64,000 nt of DNA from Trichoplax adhaerens (Eukaryota > Animalia > Placozoa). Under the pieces are notes generated by a model. That model worked only from the letters and a program-made list of their open reading frames with translations, did no database searches and had not been told where the DNA came from. Of the stretch, positions 13,988 to 27,274 are shown piece after piece. Within the stretch, counting starts at the first letter, position 1; every line of letters begins with the position of its first letter. The translations under genes were made by a program, and so were the position numbers. The DNA is taken from positions 1,408,287 to 1,472,286 of the forward strand of contig NW_002060955.1 in NCBI RefSeq assembly GCF_000150275.1, read 5' to 3'.

Positions 13988-14557
13988 TGTCACGGGACGA
14001 ACCACCGTGAAGAGTAAATGACTAAATTTAGTGTTTAACATTATATATGGCGATAATTAATAATGACTTACGGTAAGAACTACAGTAGTTATTATTTTGT
14101 TACAGTAAATTATGCTGTATTGTAGTAAGACTTCTCTTAAGGTAACTAATATTAATTGAATATAGTGTTATGTCTTGTAACGCTTGTGATGAATATCCTG
14201 AAGAAATTCAATTATAGACGATACAATATAGATAATTCTGTGTGTGGACATACTGTAGTCTAATTATCTAGAATCGTTCAGCACATGTCCAAAATTATGA
14301 ATAATGTCTGTAGTAATTTGGCTATCCAATATGAGCTAAATTTCTTGAACTGTTATGACTCATGCATGATAGCTGCTAACGAAAGATATTTAAGCTCGGC
14401 AGATAGTTGAATAAAAAAAGAGTTGTATAGTTGTTTTAACGTAGAAACGAAGGCGTCTAAATTCTTGTGAGGTAGTTAAGGGATACTGAATCCTGGAGAC
14501 TATATTGATTTAAACACTTGTTTTACGTTATCTTCGTCACGAAGCTGGTTTGTGACA
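13988..14557 (+). mobile_element. 570-bp solo-LTR-like element (family F, distantly related to C)
   Basis: TGTCAC/GTGACA termini; perfect GC-rich TSD GGCGG; TATTTAA 14387 and AATAAA 14410. The reverse complement of its right end (tgtcacaaaccagcttcg..aagataacgtaa) resembles the family C end. Confidence 0.9.
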
Positions 14558-16384
14558 GGCGGTTTTTAAGTAATATATAAATAGTACATTATTATATGTA
14601 AATTTAGTATCGGACTTGATACTATGATTTATGAGATTATTTCTTTAAGTGATAGTCATATTAAGTATATTCGACGAATACTTACATTTGATACGAACTA
14701 TCAACGAACATATTTATGAATTGATAAATATTGGCTAGGTATTTTTAGAACATTTATAATATAATTTAATTAATATTAAGTTCCCATTACCTAGCTATAA
14801 ATTTCATTAAACTTCAGCAAAATTAAAATTCCTAACTTATTCCAGTCATAGGAATTTACTGACTTAGGTTAATCTTGACAATAATCTAAACAATTGCAGT
14901 CATCTTACACTATATATGATATTAAACGGAGCAAATCAGATCGTAGACCAGTTCGTATTCTATTAACAGAAAAGTGATGGCAACAGTTTACTATAATTTT
15001 CTTGGAGTAAAGCTAACGTATAGATTTACGTTATGATTGTGCTTAATGTAATTATCTGTGCTATATGAGCCAGCATGCTAATATATAGATTGTCATGCGA
15101 AACTCATCCTTTACCATCTCTCAGAATGGGTGGAAACTTTTTATATATGTTGCGATAGTAGTTATACTTTACCTGTACACATTAATAACATAGTCTTTCT
15201 TAATGTACCTGGAAACGTAAAACTCGAAATAATACCAAAAAAATTTTAAATTATAACTAAATAGTCAATCCTTGAATGTAGTAATAAATTCACCAATAGC
15301 CCAGTAAAACTGCCTTAATACTTTGAAAATAACCCAGTTAGAAATTTTCTAAAATGTTTGGTCTCTGTTTATGCATTACAGTTAACCGGTTAAATTTTCC
15401 TATGGTTATTTCCAACCATCAGACTATTCATTATTAATATTATTGTTTTCTTCTATTATTAGAAAGATAATACGTATCGAATGATCACCCTTTTAACTAA
15501 TAGATGTAGAAGAAAATCACGCAAAACTTACGAGCTGCTTTTATTTTTTTGAAATTTTATTCTACTTTCTCATTTTTATTACATTTAGCGCTTTTTTACT
15601 ATAATGGTAGTTACAACAGCTGGTACATGGGTAAATATCTATTGATATTTGATTTGGATGCGAAAAATATATAATAGGAATAATATAATCTTAGTAACAT
15701 TGTTTGCTAACTAATTACATTTACCGATTCAACGGAGCCGCTATTTTCGTGATCAGCTGATAATTATTCATTCTTTGCAGGCTATTGCTTCACTGCCGCG
15801 GTGACTATTTACTTCCGCGATTGGTCGTTTAGTGTTAAATCAAATATTATGATTTACTATCAGTAACTGACATAGACGTAGATTATTAGAGCCAAATACT
15901 TATGATTTTATAGCATACTGTGCTTCATTTTATAATCATCTACCCCACATTATGCTAAAAATATTTTGTGTGACATCACAATTTTAACGCGTTTATACTT
16001 TTAGAAGATCCATTATAATTATTTTGTTGATATAATATCGGTTGCTAAAACAAGTAATCGATTATTACTGTTAATTAAAATTAGTCTGAAAGCTAACTGT
16101 AAATATTAAGAACATCTTTACGTGGCTTAAACTCTGTACTTAACCAGATTTAGATATTTTGTTGAGATAATTTCGTAATAATTTTGGTGGTACGTACTAC
16201 TATCTACAGGCGAACATTCTATCATTTTACAAGAATAAATTAGACCATGCGCTGTAAATAAGATATAGCTGTTCAATATAACACTTAACTTGAGCTAATT
16301 CTATTTGCCTAATTAAATCATAACTATGATAACTAATTTGTGACTATTTATGATAGCAATTTTCGAAGATTCAGCAAAACTAAT

Positions 16385-16856
16385 TGTAATATAACTTAGT
16401 ATTGTGATTGTAGACTGTTAGCCATGTTTAGTATAATGTACGGTAGCGTACCTTCTATATTTATCCTAAGAGATATTTGATAGCCATAACTATAGACTGT
16501 AGTGGTATAGACTCTATGCTAGAGTTCAGATAGCTGTATACAGTAAGGTGTTGAGTTACTAATAAGGTTATAGGTAAAAATAGAACCGTAAATCATATAT
16601 TAGGATATAGTTAATTCATTGTACTTTTAATTTAACTATGTTTAAAATAAGGTAAAAGGTTGTCATGCGGATTGTAGCTGCGAATGCTACGAAAATTATA
16701 AAAGCATACAACTTTAGATTATTCTGTTAATTCGTTCTAGAAGTCTTTAATGATAGTATTCGGCTAGAGTAGAGCTGTAAGTAGTTAATATTTGTATAAG
16801 ATTCAATAAAGCCCTTATTTTTCTAAAATTTGGAATTTCTTGATCGGTATATATCA
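16385..16856 (+). mobile_element. Solo-LTR-like family B, copy 2 (internal deletion)
   Basis: Homologous to 6480-7287; starts TGTAAT after CTAAT. The right TSD CTAAT is recovered at 17448-17452 once the adjacent family A element is removed. Confidence 0.8.
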
Positions 16857-16859
16857 CCA

Positions 16860-17445
16860 TGTCACAACCCTCACTTGTGGCAAAGGAAAGTAAAGAACGC
16901 TAGTGTAGTTACTTAAAACTTGGGCTATTTCTCCAGCACTTTCAGTTCCTATGAGAGAAGTATTTGAGAACTCGATTTCTCGGCTGATCTCCACAGACAA
17001 CTGACTAATTATTACACTATTCTTCACGATATGAGTCTTGCCGTTTCTTGAGCAATTACTAACTTTATTCTACAAACGCACGCGCTTAAATAGGTTTCTA
17101 CAGTGAATTCCAATATTAACGAGTGAGAATTCATACTTTACAAGTTACATTAATTAGTATAATACTATTACTAAATATGCATGTCGATATTCTCAGACTT
17201 AGATAGCTACAAGCTATCAGGTGTTCAGACGCTTAACCTTCGTCCATATACGGCTCAATTTTTAGAGATTAACACACCTTATAAACCTACAGTAAATTAA
17301 CTGCTAACAACTTCTATTTCTATCTCATTTCTACCATCCTATTATCAGCTACGAGCGCATTAAACATAGCACATAACCTTATCTTATCTATTCATAAGCA
17401 TTCATTAATCAACAGTTACTTAATTAGTAACGGCGTACCGTGACA
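16860..17445 (-). mobile_element. Solo-LTR-like family A, copy 1 (586 bp)
   Basis: TGTCAC/GTGACA; TSD CACCA/CACTA; ~97% identical (by-eye count) to 63038-63624; minus-strand TATTTAA (17086-17092) and AATAAA (17064-17069). Confidence 0.92.
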
Positions 17446-17940
17446 CACTAATATCGCAATTTGATTTGAGAAAATTAATTTGATTATTATTCTAGTTCAG
17501 CCGGTATTGATAATATGTAGCTAATCAATTCATTTATATTTCGTACGATTTGTGTATCCATTTTTTTAATTGTATCTACTTATGCAGCACCTATATAACA
17601 ATCGAAAATATTAGCTTGAGCAAAAATTTTAAGACTCAAACATCCTAGCATTTCTGCTTTCAGGTAATGTTAGGCTCACATTTAATATCGAACGCTAAGT
17701 CATAATTATCATTATATTTTATGAACTATTATAAATTATACTCACGCCCATCAAATCGTATGCTAAAGCTGCTTATAATAGCATAAAGAAAATAGCTAAT
17801 TTTTCTGAATTGCAAAACACTAACTGAACTACCAATTCTCACCTAGTGCTTGTTGACACTCCTCGGTCTTAAATTCAGAACTATTATAGCATTGAGATCA
17901 AAATTAAAAAAAAGAAACATTATCATCTCCATATTTCAAT

Positions 17941-19239
17941 ATGCTAATATCCTATTGTTACGTAGCAAAGCACCGTACTTGCTAATTAAATAGATTTTGT
18001 TAGTATTTAGCTAATGAATCATATTGGTAAGCGATAATTGAAATTGAGAATATTAATGTCTAGATTGCGCAATCTAGACGACAAAAGGCATAATTGTATT
18101 TGAAATTAATTAGTAGAGCCTATATACAGTAGATATTAATAATGGCGACACGTTAGCACCCGCTACAATAAAAACTATACCAATCTTTTAGAACAGTCTT
18201 ATCTCTGTGTAACCGAAAGTAGTAAAGAACTACCATACAGTAGATCTCCAGGTGTAGTGGAACAAGGCATAAGTAATCTATTAGTTTAGGGTAGTAGTTC
18301 GCAACATAAGTTTGTGACACCTATGCGACCAGTGATTTTCAAGTCTACCTTTACTTTTCTATTGCTATCAGTTCTATATGTAATATTGATTTGATAGCCA
18401 ATAATGTACAACTATATATCTTTATATCAGATAAATATTTCGTGAAACAACGTAATATTTTAATGCTAGTTTGTATTGCTTCCAAAGTCTTGTCGAATAT
18501 TTCTTCGTGTATTTTCACTAATTTGCTCCTAGATAGTAATATCAGTCAGACAAAAGGTTTGTTGACTGCGTATCGAATATTTGGAATATTTGTTTACACA
18601 TCTTATGGAGTATCATTTATGAGCCTATGCTTAACTATTATCGACGGATATTTTGCGTTCGTTAAATCTTTTAATATGTTTTATGAAAGGTCTAAGTGGT
18701 TGATTATCATAATTATCGAACTACTCATTTGGTCAATATCAGTAGTTATGGCTATACCAGAGTTAGTGTTTATGCAAGCTTGAAAAGACACTTTTGATCA
18801 ACTGATATGCAATTATCCTAATGTAACAGAACAGTATCAATTTCAGTTTATTTAGAATCATGTTGTTTTCAATAATCTGCTACCGGCGGTCATCGTCATC
18901 CTTTATTTACAAATTATAATTTTCTAACGCCATTATATAACACCTGGGCTACGGATGCAACCTTTTCAACGTGATATAGCAAGAAAACAAAAATTAATCA
19001 AATTCTTGATCAACATCTTAGCATGTTATGCATTTGTGACATTTCCCAACTTTGTACTTATATTTGCGATGAGTGTAACAGGAAAAAACCTGAAATAATT
19101 GCAAACTAATGGTCTAACGGTACTTGTGCTGATCATACTTGCAACGTCTATGATCAGTAATACAACAGTTATTAATCCATTTCTATACTTGAAATTTGAT
19201 GGAAGTATTCGTATAAGATTTAATAAAACCATTGAATAA
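17941..19239 (+). pseudogene. GPCR pseudogene interrupted near codon 5 by a solo LTR; sister of 21301
   Basis: Removing 17956-18319 plus one TSD gives in-frame MLISYATSDFQVYLYFSIAISSICNIDLIAN. DRY is changed to DGY; stops at 18781, 18925 and 19096; frame disruption ~18830-18860; ends NPFLYLKFDGSIR. Confidence 0.92.
17956..18319 (+). mobile_element. 364-bp solo-LTR-like element inside the GPCR pseudogene
   Basis: TGTTAC...GTGACA; perfect TSD CCTAT (17951-17955, 18320-18324); TATATA 18121 and AATAAA 18167; excision restores the reading frame. Confidence 0.92.
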
Positions 19240-21300
19240 TAAATTTAATAGAGCAAAAAGAAAGTTAAATAATTGACAGTCACTGACTGAAATGAAATAC
19301 TCGTACACTCTAGGCACACGATTCTCATCTAGGTACAGAAGCTTCATCTCAAACAGTTGATTTGTTTATATATTTTAGTGTTAGATTGAAGTTTTCTATC
19401 ATGATCGATATTATGATAGAAAGCTGAGCTGAAAGCAGTACGCACCAGTGGTTATTTCTATGATTAATTTGGCTGGCTATTTTTGAGTGAAAATATTATT
19501 TACGCGTCTGTCAAATCTGGGTGTAAATTAGTATATTATTCTGCATTTTCGTTTTATTTGTAGCATGCACTTATTAAATGCAATTAAGATTGCGACAGCT
19601 GGAACACGTGTGCAGGTAAAAATTTTTATTTGTACCATTGACGAATACACCACCAATACAAATGATGAGAATAGTATAAGGTAATTTGCATAGAATTTAA
19701 TACGTATTAAGAGGTAATCAGCTTTGAAATAAATTTCTATTTATAAAATCAACTGATAACAGAATTTCATTGTTCTTCCTATACTGCTTTCTAGCTTCCT
19801 GAGGCTATTTTAAGCAGAACTTTTAACATTAATTCTTATATCGCAGTTGGCTCTTACTCAAAGACCATTGTAAAACTTTTCGTCGTTGTCTGTAATTCAA
19901 GGTATACATGTACTTTAATATGCTGCTTTACTTACCGTATTTAGCATTAAATTAATTTGCCATGCCAATATTACAGATCGTTATTGATTAAAAATAGCAT
20001 CGCTACTGACTTTAATTGATAAGAATACCACATAAATATTCACTGCGACCTCATTTTATTTTGCCAATTCTTGGTTCATTTACTATCATAATTGTGCTTT
20101 ATAACTTGGTGATTTATAATTATCAATAAATAATTTTTGGCTGTTTTGTAGGATCAATACGTAGTAATGTAGCAATAGTAAATGGTGAGATTTTTTCTCT
20201 TGAAAATATAACCCCGTTGAAGCGATTTAATATGGTTATTATATCATAAAAATTATAATTTGTGACAAGTATGCTAGTATACCAGTTATTATTCGTAAAA
20301 CTGGTTTCGTTGTTCGAATTAAAAACAATTTCATTCAGTTAAAAACTATCGTTGTCTACATAAAACAATATTAATATAGTTATATTGCCAGGCAGGGTTA
20401 TTTTCTTACGTTTACTTTTTAAAATTTTTGGTTTAACTTTCCTTTGCTCACCTGGATATATCCCTATTTTAGAGATAATAAAGGATGAGTATGTTATTTA
20501 AGGTTGTTGATGCCAAGCTGTTCCTCAGCTGAGTCTGTATTTTGGTAACTAAGTCCTGAATTTCATTTAAGAAGGTATTTTATCGCGAAAGCAAATAAGT
20601 TAAATTGATAATGATTGGCTAGACTAGAGGTGATGAAATGTCGTTTACGTTCGAGATTTAGAATTAGCATCTTAATTTAATTGCAGATCCTTACAACATT
20701 TGCTTTCTGATCTGTATGCAACACAAGTTTATATCATATATTCGGCTAGTCTTCTGATTATTATGAGTCTTAATTGGTTTTAATTCCTTATTGCGCAGAT
20801 AAATCCTAAAAATGATCACTTAGCGAATAAATTTCTTTTGGTGTACTATATCAACGTGTAATTCAACAGTTTGTTAAAGACTAATTCGATATATGATAAA
20901 AAATAAATCGTAAGATAAAGAGCGTTAACGAAACACAGGCTGTAATGCGATAATATACTAAATGGAGAACTGGCTTTGCGCTTAATTTTCAAACATGAAA
21001 CATAATAGACACAAATCTGTTAAAAAACCAATCGCTTGGATAAATTAGCGTATCATCAAATCAAAGAGCAGAGTTTACATCAGCTACTTTTCGAAAACCA
21101 ATATCGATTAATGGACCATTAATAAAATTTCTAGATGCTTTATAGAAATTGTTACATACATATTTAAAAATTTTAAAACTGATATAATTTTCAAAATTTA
21201 CCGATTAATCGAGACTGTATTTACGTCCTCCTTAGTTTTGATTGTTATATATCATCAAAACTAAAGCTCTGTAAGTGCCCTCATCGAACAGCACCTAAGC

Positions 21301-22254
21301 ATGTCTGCATCTAACACGACCATTAATGTTGTGCAGATCTATACATACTTTACTATTGCTATCCACACTGTATCCATTATTAGCGTGGCAGCTAACATTT
21401 TACTGTTGTGTGTCTTTGTCTCCGATAAATTTTTTCGTAAAACAACTTATTATTTAATGATAATTTGTATTCTTTCTGATGTTGCATCGAGTATTTCTTC
21501 CGTTATCTCTACTAATTTATTTTTAAATAGTAAAATAAATCAGTTACATAATGCAGTCAAAGTATGCCATTTGCATGCTTCAGTTTTTTATATTTCCTAC
21601 GGAATATCCATTATGAATTTATGCTTAATTGGTATTGATCGATATTTTGCTCTCGTTAACCCTCTTAATATGTTTTATAAAATATATAAACGGCAGATAA
21701 TCATTATCATCGAATTACTCATTTGGATAATAGCCGTAATTGTAGTCATACCGAATTTTTGGCTTCTACAACCTGGAAGAGATTATTATGGTCGATTCTT
21801 TTGCGATTATCTTAATATGACATTATCAACTTCAGCGTACTTGGTATCTTTTTCATTTGTCTTCTACATATTGCCGTCGATGATTATTCTCATCGTTTAT
21901 TGGCAAATTATAATATTTCAACGAAATTACATACGACCTAGCCTACAAAAGCAACGATTACAACGTGATTTACAAAATAAACAGAAACTAACCAAATCCC
22001 TAATCTGCATCTCTACGTGTTATGTAATAGCTACATTTCCCTACTTTCTTATTTTATTAGCAATGGGTATAACTGGAAAAAATTTAACTCAGATACAAGG
22101 GATTAGTCCAGCCATCTTTGTGCTGAGCATACTTGCAGCATCCATGGCAAATAATATTAACATTATTAATCCTTTCCTATATTTAAAATTTGATGGGAAT
22201 ATTCGAAAAAGGCTTCATAAAATACTTAAACATCCACATGGGAGTGAACGATAA
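21301..22254 (+). CDS. Intronless class A orphan GPCR, 317 aa; inner clade
   Basis: NTT sequon, AAN, ILSD, GIDRY, ELLIW, FCDY, RNYIRP, ATFPY, NPFLYLKFDGNIRKR. Confidence 0.95.
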   Translation: MSASNTTINVVQIYTYFTIAIHTVSIISVAANILLLCVFVSDKFFRKTTYYLMIICILSDVASSISSVISTNLFLNSKINQLHNAVKVCHLHASVFYISYGISIMNLCLIGIDRYFALVNPLNMFYKIYKRQIIIIIELLIWIIAVIVVIPNFWLLQPGRDYYGRFFCDYLNMTLSTSAYLVSFSFVFYILPSMIILIVYWQIIIFQRNYIRPSLQKQRLQRDLQNKQKLTKSLICISTCYVIATFPYFLILLAMGITGKNLTQIQGISPAIFVLSILAASMANNINIINPFLYLKFDGNIRKRLHKILKHPHGSER

Positions 22255-22399
22255 ATAATTAAAAGTTGGTATTATTAATGAAAGATCCTTCTGGTTGCTA
22301 TGTTTAGGTCTCTATAGAATTAAATTTAGTTTTAATTAGTTGATTTATCGGTAAACTTTGATGTTAATTTTAAGCTACTCAGTACAATTGATATAATGT

Positions 22400-22656
22400 T
22401 GTAATAACTTCCCTTCTAGACTGTAATTACACAGATAAACTTCACAACGTCGAGCTACTTTTACTTTATTTCAATTAATTTGAACAACGCGATGTACTCG
22501 TAAAAGACTAGAGAAATCATCTACTAACGAGCAATATTCGTAGTTACAAGTCAAATCATAAAAGTTTAGTCGACCTAACTTATATAGGTAGAAATCTGTC
22601 AAGACACAAATACTTAATTTCTACTGTATCATAAACGGTGTAGTGGCACCGTGACA
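22400..22656. mobile_element. Possible degraded solo-LTR-like element
   Basis: TGTAAT...ACCGTGACA; the right end matches the family A terminus, but the flanks match only partly (ATGT/ATAT). Confidence 0.35.
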
Positions 22657-25156
22657 ATATTATATTGTAATTGTCTTTTAATTATTGTTAGCTATGCGGT
22701 AGTTATAACCACCAGAGGAATATCATCTAATTGTACTTAAGTTACTGCACAAAAATGAGAACTGGAGTCGTTTTAATAAATTACTTAATTGCTTTAAGTA
22801 AAATTAGCTAGAGCAGGCTTCTGGTTATAATTGCTCAGTAGCTTTTATTAACAATCTTGTTTTCACTTTGCGTTATTATAATATGCTATCATCGGGAAAG
22901 AAATCTTATCCATGCTTTAAATATTAAAATTGAAAATAAAGTTATTCCTTAACATCTACATATTAATAATGGATACTTCATAACTTTACCATTTACTAGA
23001 TAAAGCTTAGTGCCTTCTTTTGGGCCACACTTAACTATTACATATTTTATTATGATATATAAAGCACTGCAACCCGATAATCTTACTTTCTCAATGTGTT
23101 CTATCGCTATAGCGTAAATAATGCAGACTTTCGTGTTAGATCTCGATAGTTGAAATAATCGGAAGGTTAATGCTTCTTATGTTACTTCACAACATCTTGC
23201 ACGGTAACCATCTTATTATTACACAGTGATAGTCAGGATAAATTATACAGTAGGCTGAAATGAATATTCACTAGAATTCTCTTTATATATTAGTATTGTT
23301 CAACCAAACAAGCTTAGCACTTAACATGTAATCATTTTGATTATCAAGTTGTCTGCTATTTATATAAAAATATCATGGTTATTTATAGAGAACATTGGAT
23401 CCTAAATTTCGCAATACAAGTTAATTGTAATGGAAATATCTACAGCAATTGTTTAGCAACTTTAAAATACTATCAGATTCTGATCGGCATTTAGCATTGT
23501 TACCTAATTCAATCGGATATCGTTACAACGTATTAGATAGTTCAATGAGAAACTTTGATCATATATTACTAAATCACATCAATTTAAAAGCAACATCAAG
23601 ATATCTAATCCTTCGCATTTTTCTATATTAAGAAGAATATTCTCTGCTATAGCTTTAAGTCTAAGTTATATTCTTACGATAATTATCTTTAAAATAATGA
23701 TAAAATAAGAAATATATTTTCTTGTGATTGTCACTTCATCACATAAATTAGGTTGTTTTACAGCTACCAAGAACAATATAGCTGCAATTAGAATATCTAA
23801 ATTATTAACATAAAATTAGTCGCAAACGTTTATTATATAATATAAATCCTGTAGTACTAACATATTTAGCGCAAGCTATACATATTTCAAAATCTTGATA
23901 TAACCATCTCTGTAGAATTGCTACAATACGTACCGTAATTATCTCTACAAAGAAACTTACAAAATCTTACAGTTTAACAAACAAGTTTAACTACTCTCGA
24001 GCAATCTTGCAATCTTAATCTTAGCTATATTTGGGGCTATATTTTCAACGAAGTTATATCAATCTTAATTAAGAAATATTTTATGGTGAGATCTTGTGTC
24101 TCTACGTTAATGATAGCATAGATACCAATGATAAATTATATAAACTCTAATCTATTGCGATAAATAATTGGCAGCCATACATTACGAAATCCCTCATCGA
24201 TAAACTTACTAAAATTTAATTTTCATCTATAGATAAAACTAGACAATAATTTAATTTTAAGCTAAATTTCGTTTTTCTGATTACTTTTAATTCTTAAGTA
24301 TCGCATTTTTTACTAAGAAATCGCATATATTTATAAAATTAATTGGTGTATCCTTTATATTTCTTTTAATCTTTCATATACTATTTCCTTGATAATTGAA
24401 GCTTATTACTCGTACTTGAAAGAAAGTTTAGACAGCTGCAATGCTGATGTAAAATAAACTAATTTAAATAATGGTCATTAAATGTATATGATCATATATC
24501 TGCAGAAAGCTACAAAATAATTAATATACTAATTACGATAATAGAATAAATGCTTTGAATAAAGGCCATTTTAAAATTGTTTGATAGTTATTTTTCGTCG
24601 AATTTTGAATTTCTAGTAATGACCTAGTTTACCGTTGAAATTTTAGTATGTTATAGTAGCGTAGATCTTAAATAAGCAGATATCGGTGGAATTGTAAGTA
24701 GTGAGTTCAATAAAAAAAGTTGTTTTCAATTACATTACAGGACAGTGTGTCTGTTGATTAATAGCATTGTAGAAGAGTGATCCTTGGAAGTTACAGCAGC
24801 GTTACTCTATTCTTAATAGGTATTGCTTCAGATTAGGGTAGTAATCTATAGAACTAACTCATAGGAAGTACTTTACGTTAGACTAGTAAACTTGTTAGCT
24901 AGTAGTCTTTAACACTGCTTCTTAATACAGAATGATGAAATTCACGGAGAAGCAAGCATTGAATTGCATCAGTTTTAAATTAATATCCGGTTTTATCCTT
25001 AGATACTTCATTCATTAAAATTGTATAAAATCTAAACTGCTTGTGATGGCTTTAGTGCAGCTATCAGTTTGCTAATTTGTTTTATCTAAATTTAAATGTA
25101 ATTCAATAAGGTACTTAATTAATTTCTGATTATAGCGTAATTTCTTATTAAATTAT

Positions 25157-25687
25157 TGTTACAAAACAGCTTTGCCGCAAGATAACGTAATGCACGATTA
25201 ATCTGTCGATTCCCTGAACCACGTATCAGGGAGCAGTATCTACTCTTTCAGGAACTATTTTCCTATACCAGTAGATTAAAAAAAGACTTAGAAGAATCGT
25301 ATCTTACGTTAAACATTTATTATAAGAACTAACTTTATTATACAATTTATCGCATTTATATACTCTTTTACAGTAGCAAAGACATCTTAGCTAGTAATAT
25401 TAACGTTGAAACCTGATATTGAATCAAAAGCTAACTTTATCTATTGCTACCTAATGAAGACAACAGTATTTACGAACATAGACATCGAATGACTAACCCT
25501 AACCCTAAAACAAAATTGTCACATTACAATACGTTCTATCACCGAACATTCTACGATAATCTACAATCTACCATAAGTAAATAGCAATCACAGTGATTTG
25601 AATTGTAAGAAGATTATTCCCGATTCCCCAATTAAACTACTAATTTCAGTAGGCTGTATTTATCACCATAAAAGCTAATGGTATATT
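25157..25687 (-). mobile_element. Solo-LTR-like family C, copy 1; truncated on the right and fused to a GPCR CDS
   Basis: Starts tgttacaaaacagctttg; colinear with 60460-~60983, then switches abruptly into GPCR TM2 sequence. Confidence 0.85.
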
Positions 25688-26538
25688 TAATGCTAATTTG
25701 CGTTGCCTCTGATGGTGTATCAAAAATATCTTCGCTGATTTCCAATTATTTGCTACTAAGTACTAACATCAACCAGTTGGAAGTTATGGAGATGATATGA
25801 CAAATATCTGGATCTGTTGTTTATGCTTCTTACGGCATATCAATTATGAATTTATGCTTAATTGGCATCGATCGATATTTTGCTTTCGTTAAACCGTTTA
25901 ATTATTTTTATCAAACTTATAAAAGCAAAATTATAATCATTTTTGAAGTACTCATCTGGATAATATCTGCAGCTGTAGTAATTCCTGATTTGGTATTTCC
26001 TGAAGTAGAATCAGGCAATCACTTCATATGTTATTATCCTAACATTACAACATCAATTTCATTTCATTTAGTATTTGTATCAGTTATCTTTTAAGTGTTA
26101 CCGTCGACAGTTATTATCATCACTTATTGGCTCATAATAATATTTCAACGAAATTGTATACGACCTGGGCAACATTCGCAACAATCACAACAACTGCAAC
26201 ATGAACTGACAAATAAACAGAAGCTGATCAAATCACTGATTAGTATCTCATTATGTTATGAGTTGGCGACATTTCCTTACTACGTACTTATGCTTGCAAA
26301 GGGTATAGCAGGGAAAAATTTAACACAAATACAAAGAGAAAATCTAGCATTATTTACTTTAAGCTTATTATCTGTATCCATGACGAGTAATATTACTGTT
26401 ATTAGTCCATTTCTGTACTTAAAATTTGATGGAAATATTCGTATAAGGTTTCATGAAATACTCAAGTACTTCCGAGTAATTATTCGTAGCGGATTTCATA
26501 AAAAAATTGAAAGTGTTAGTAGAATAACGAGAAGATGA
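25684..26538 (+). pseudogene. 5'-truncated GPCR pseudogene; sister of 30302
   Basis: Starts at YLMLICVASD (TM2), with the N-terminus and TM1 missing. In-frame stops at 25798 (conserved TM3 Cys to TGA) and 26092. GIDRY, RPGQ, SPFLYLKFDGNIR. The 3' flank resembles that of 30302. Confidence 0.92.
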
Positions 26539-27274
26539 GGTTGAATTTAGCAGATTGACATCATTTTAATATCAGGATAATCTTAGCTCCCAATAATATA
26601 ATTTAATAAAATTTTGGTTATAACATTTGATTTATCGAAATAACTTGCCATTAATTTGAAACTACAATTGACCTAAAATCCTTTTAAAGAAATTATGTAT
26701 ATGTTTTATGTGCAACTTAAGTCAAGTACGGTAGCATCATAAGTTTCGTTGAGGTTATACTCATGGAATAGAATTTTATCCTTCAAATGCACTATCGTTT
26801 TTAGCGAATTACAGAATCATCTACTTTGAAACTAAGCTCATTTTTTCATTATGTAGATATTCTCGCAGAACCTTGCTTCAAATTAGCTTTGCAAAGCAGC
26901 CGTAGCATAGCTTTATAGGGTAACTGATTAAGGAAATATATAGTAATTATTTGTCTACGACCGTTTATATTTATTAATTAATAGATGAGTAATTGCAATA
27001 TTATCTATGACCTGATAAATTAATATATAGAGAGATTCACTGCAAGCTGGCTGACTTTTCAGCATAGTTTGGCTTCATTTTTTGTTTAAGAGTGACTAAT
27101 AGTTTACTTTGATATCCTGACCAAGACAAAATTGTAGAATTTAAAGCCATGCTGCAAGTAGAAATCGGCAGAAAGAAAAGTTAATGATAAACTCATAGTA
27201 TCAATTTTCCTCGTTGCAAATCTTGATTTGTCTTTCGCGTAGATCATTACACCTTTTTAATTACATTGAAGTGG

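Noticed and set aside
16860-17445. Three CG/CA differences between the two A copies as evidence of CpG methylation
   Set aside because: Too few substitutions and unknown direction; needs many copies.
17956-18319. In-CDS inserts (also 63038-63624) as spliceosomal introns
   Set aside because: Boundaries are TG...CA with TSDs rather than GT...AG, and the host CDSs have additional stops.
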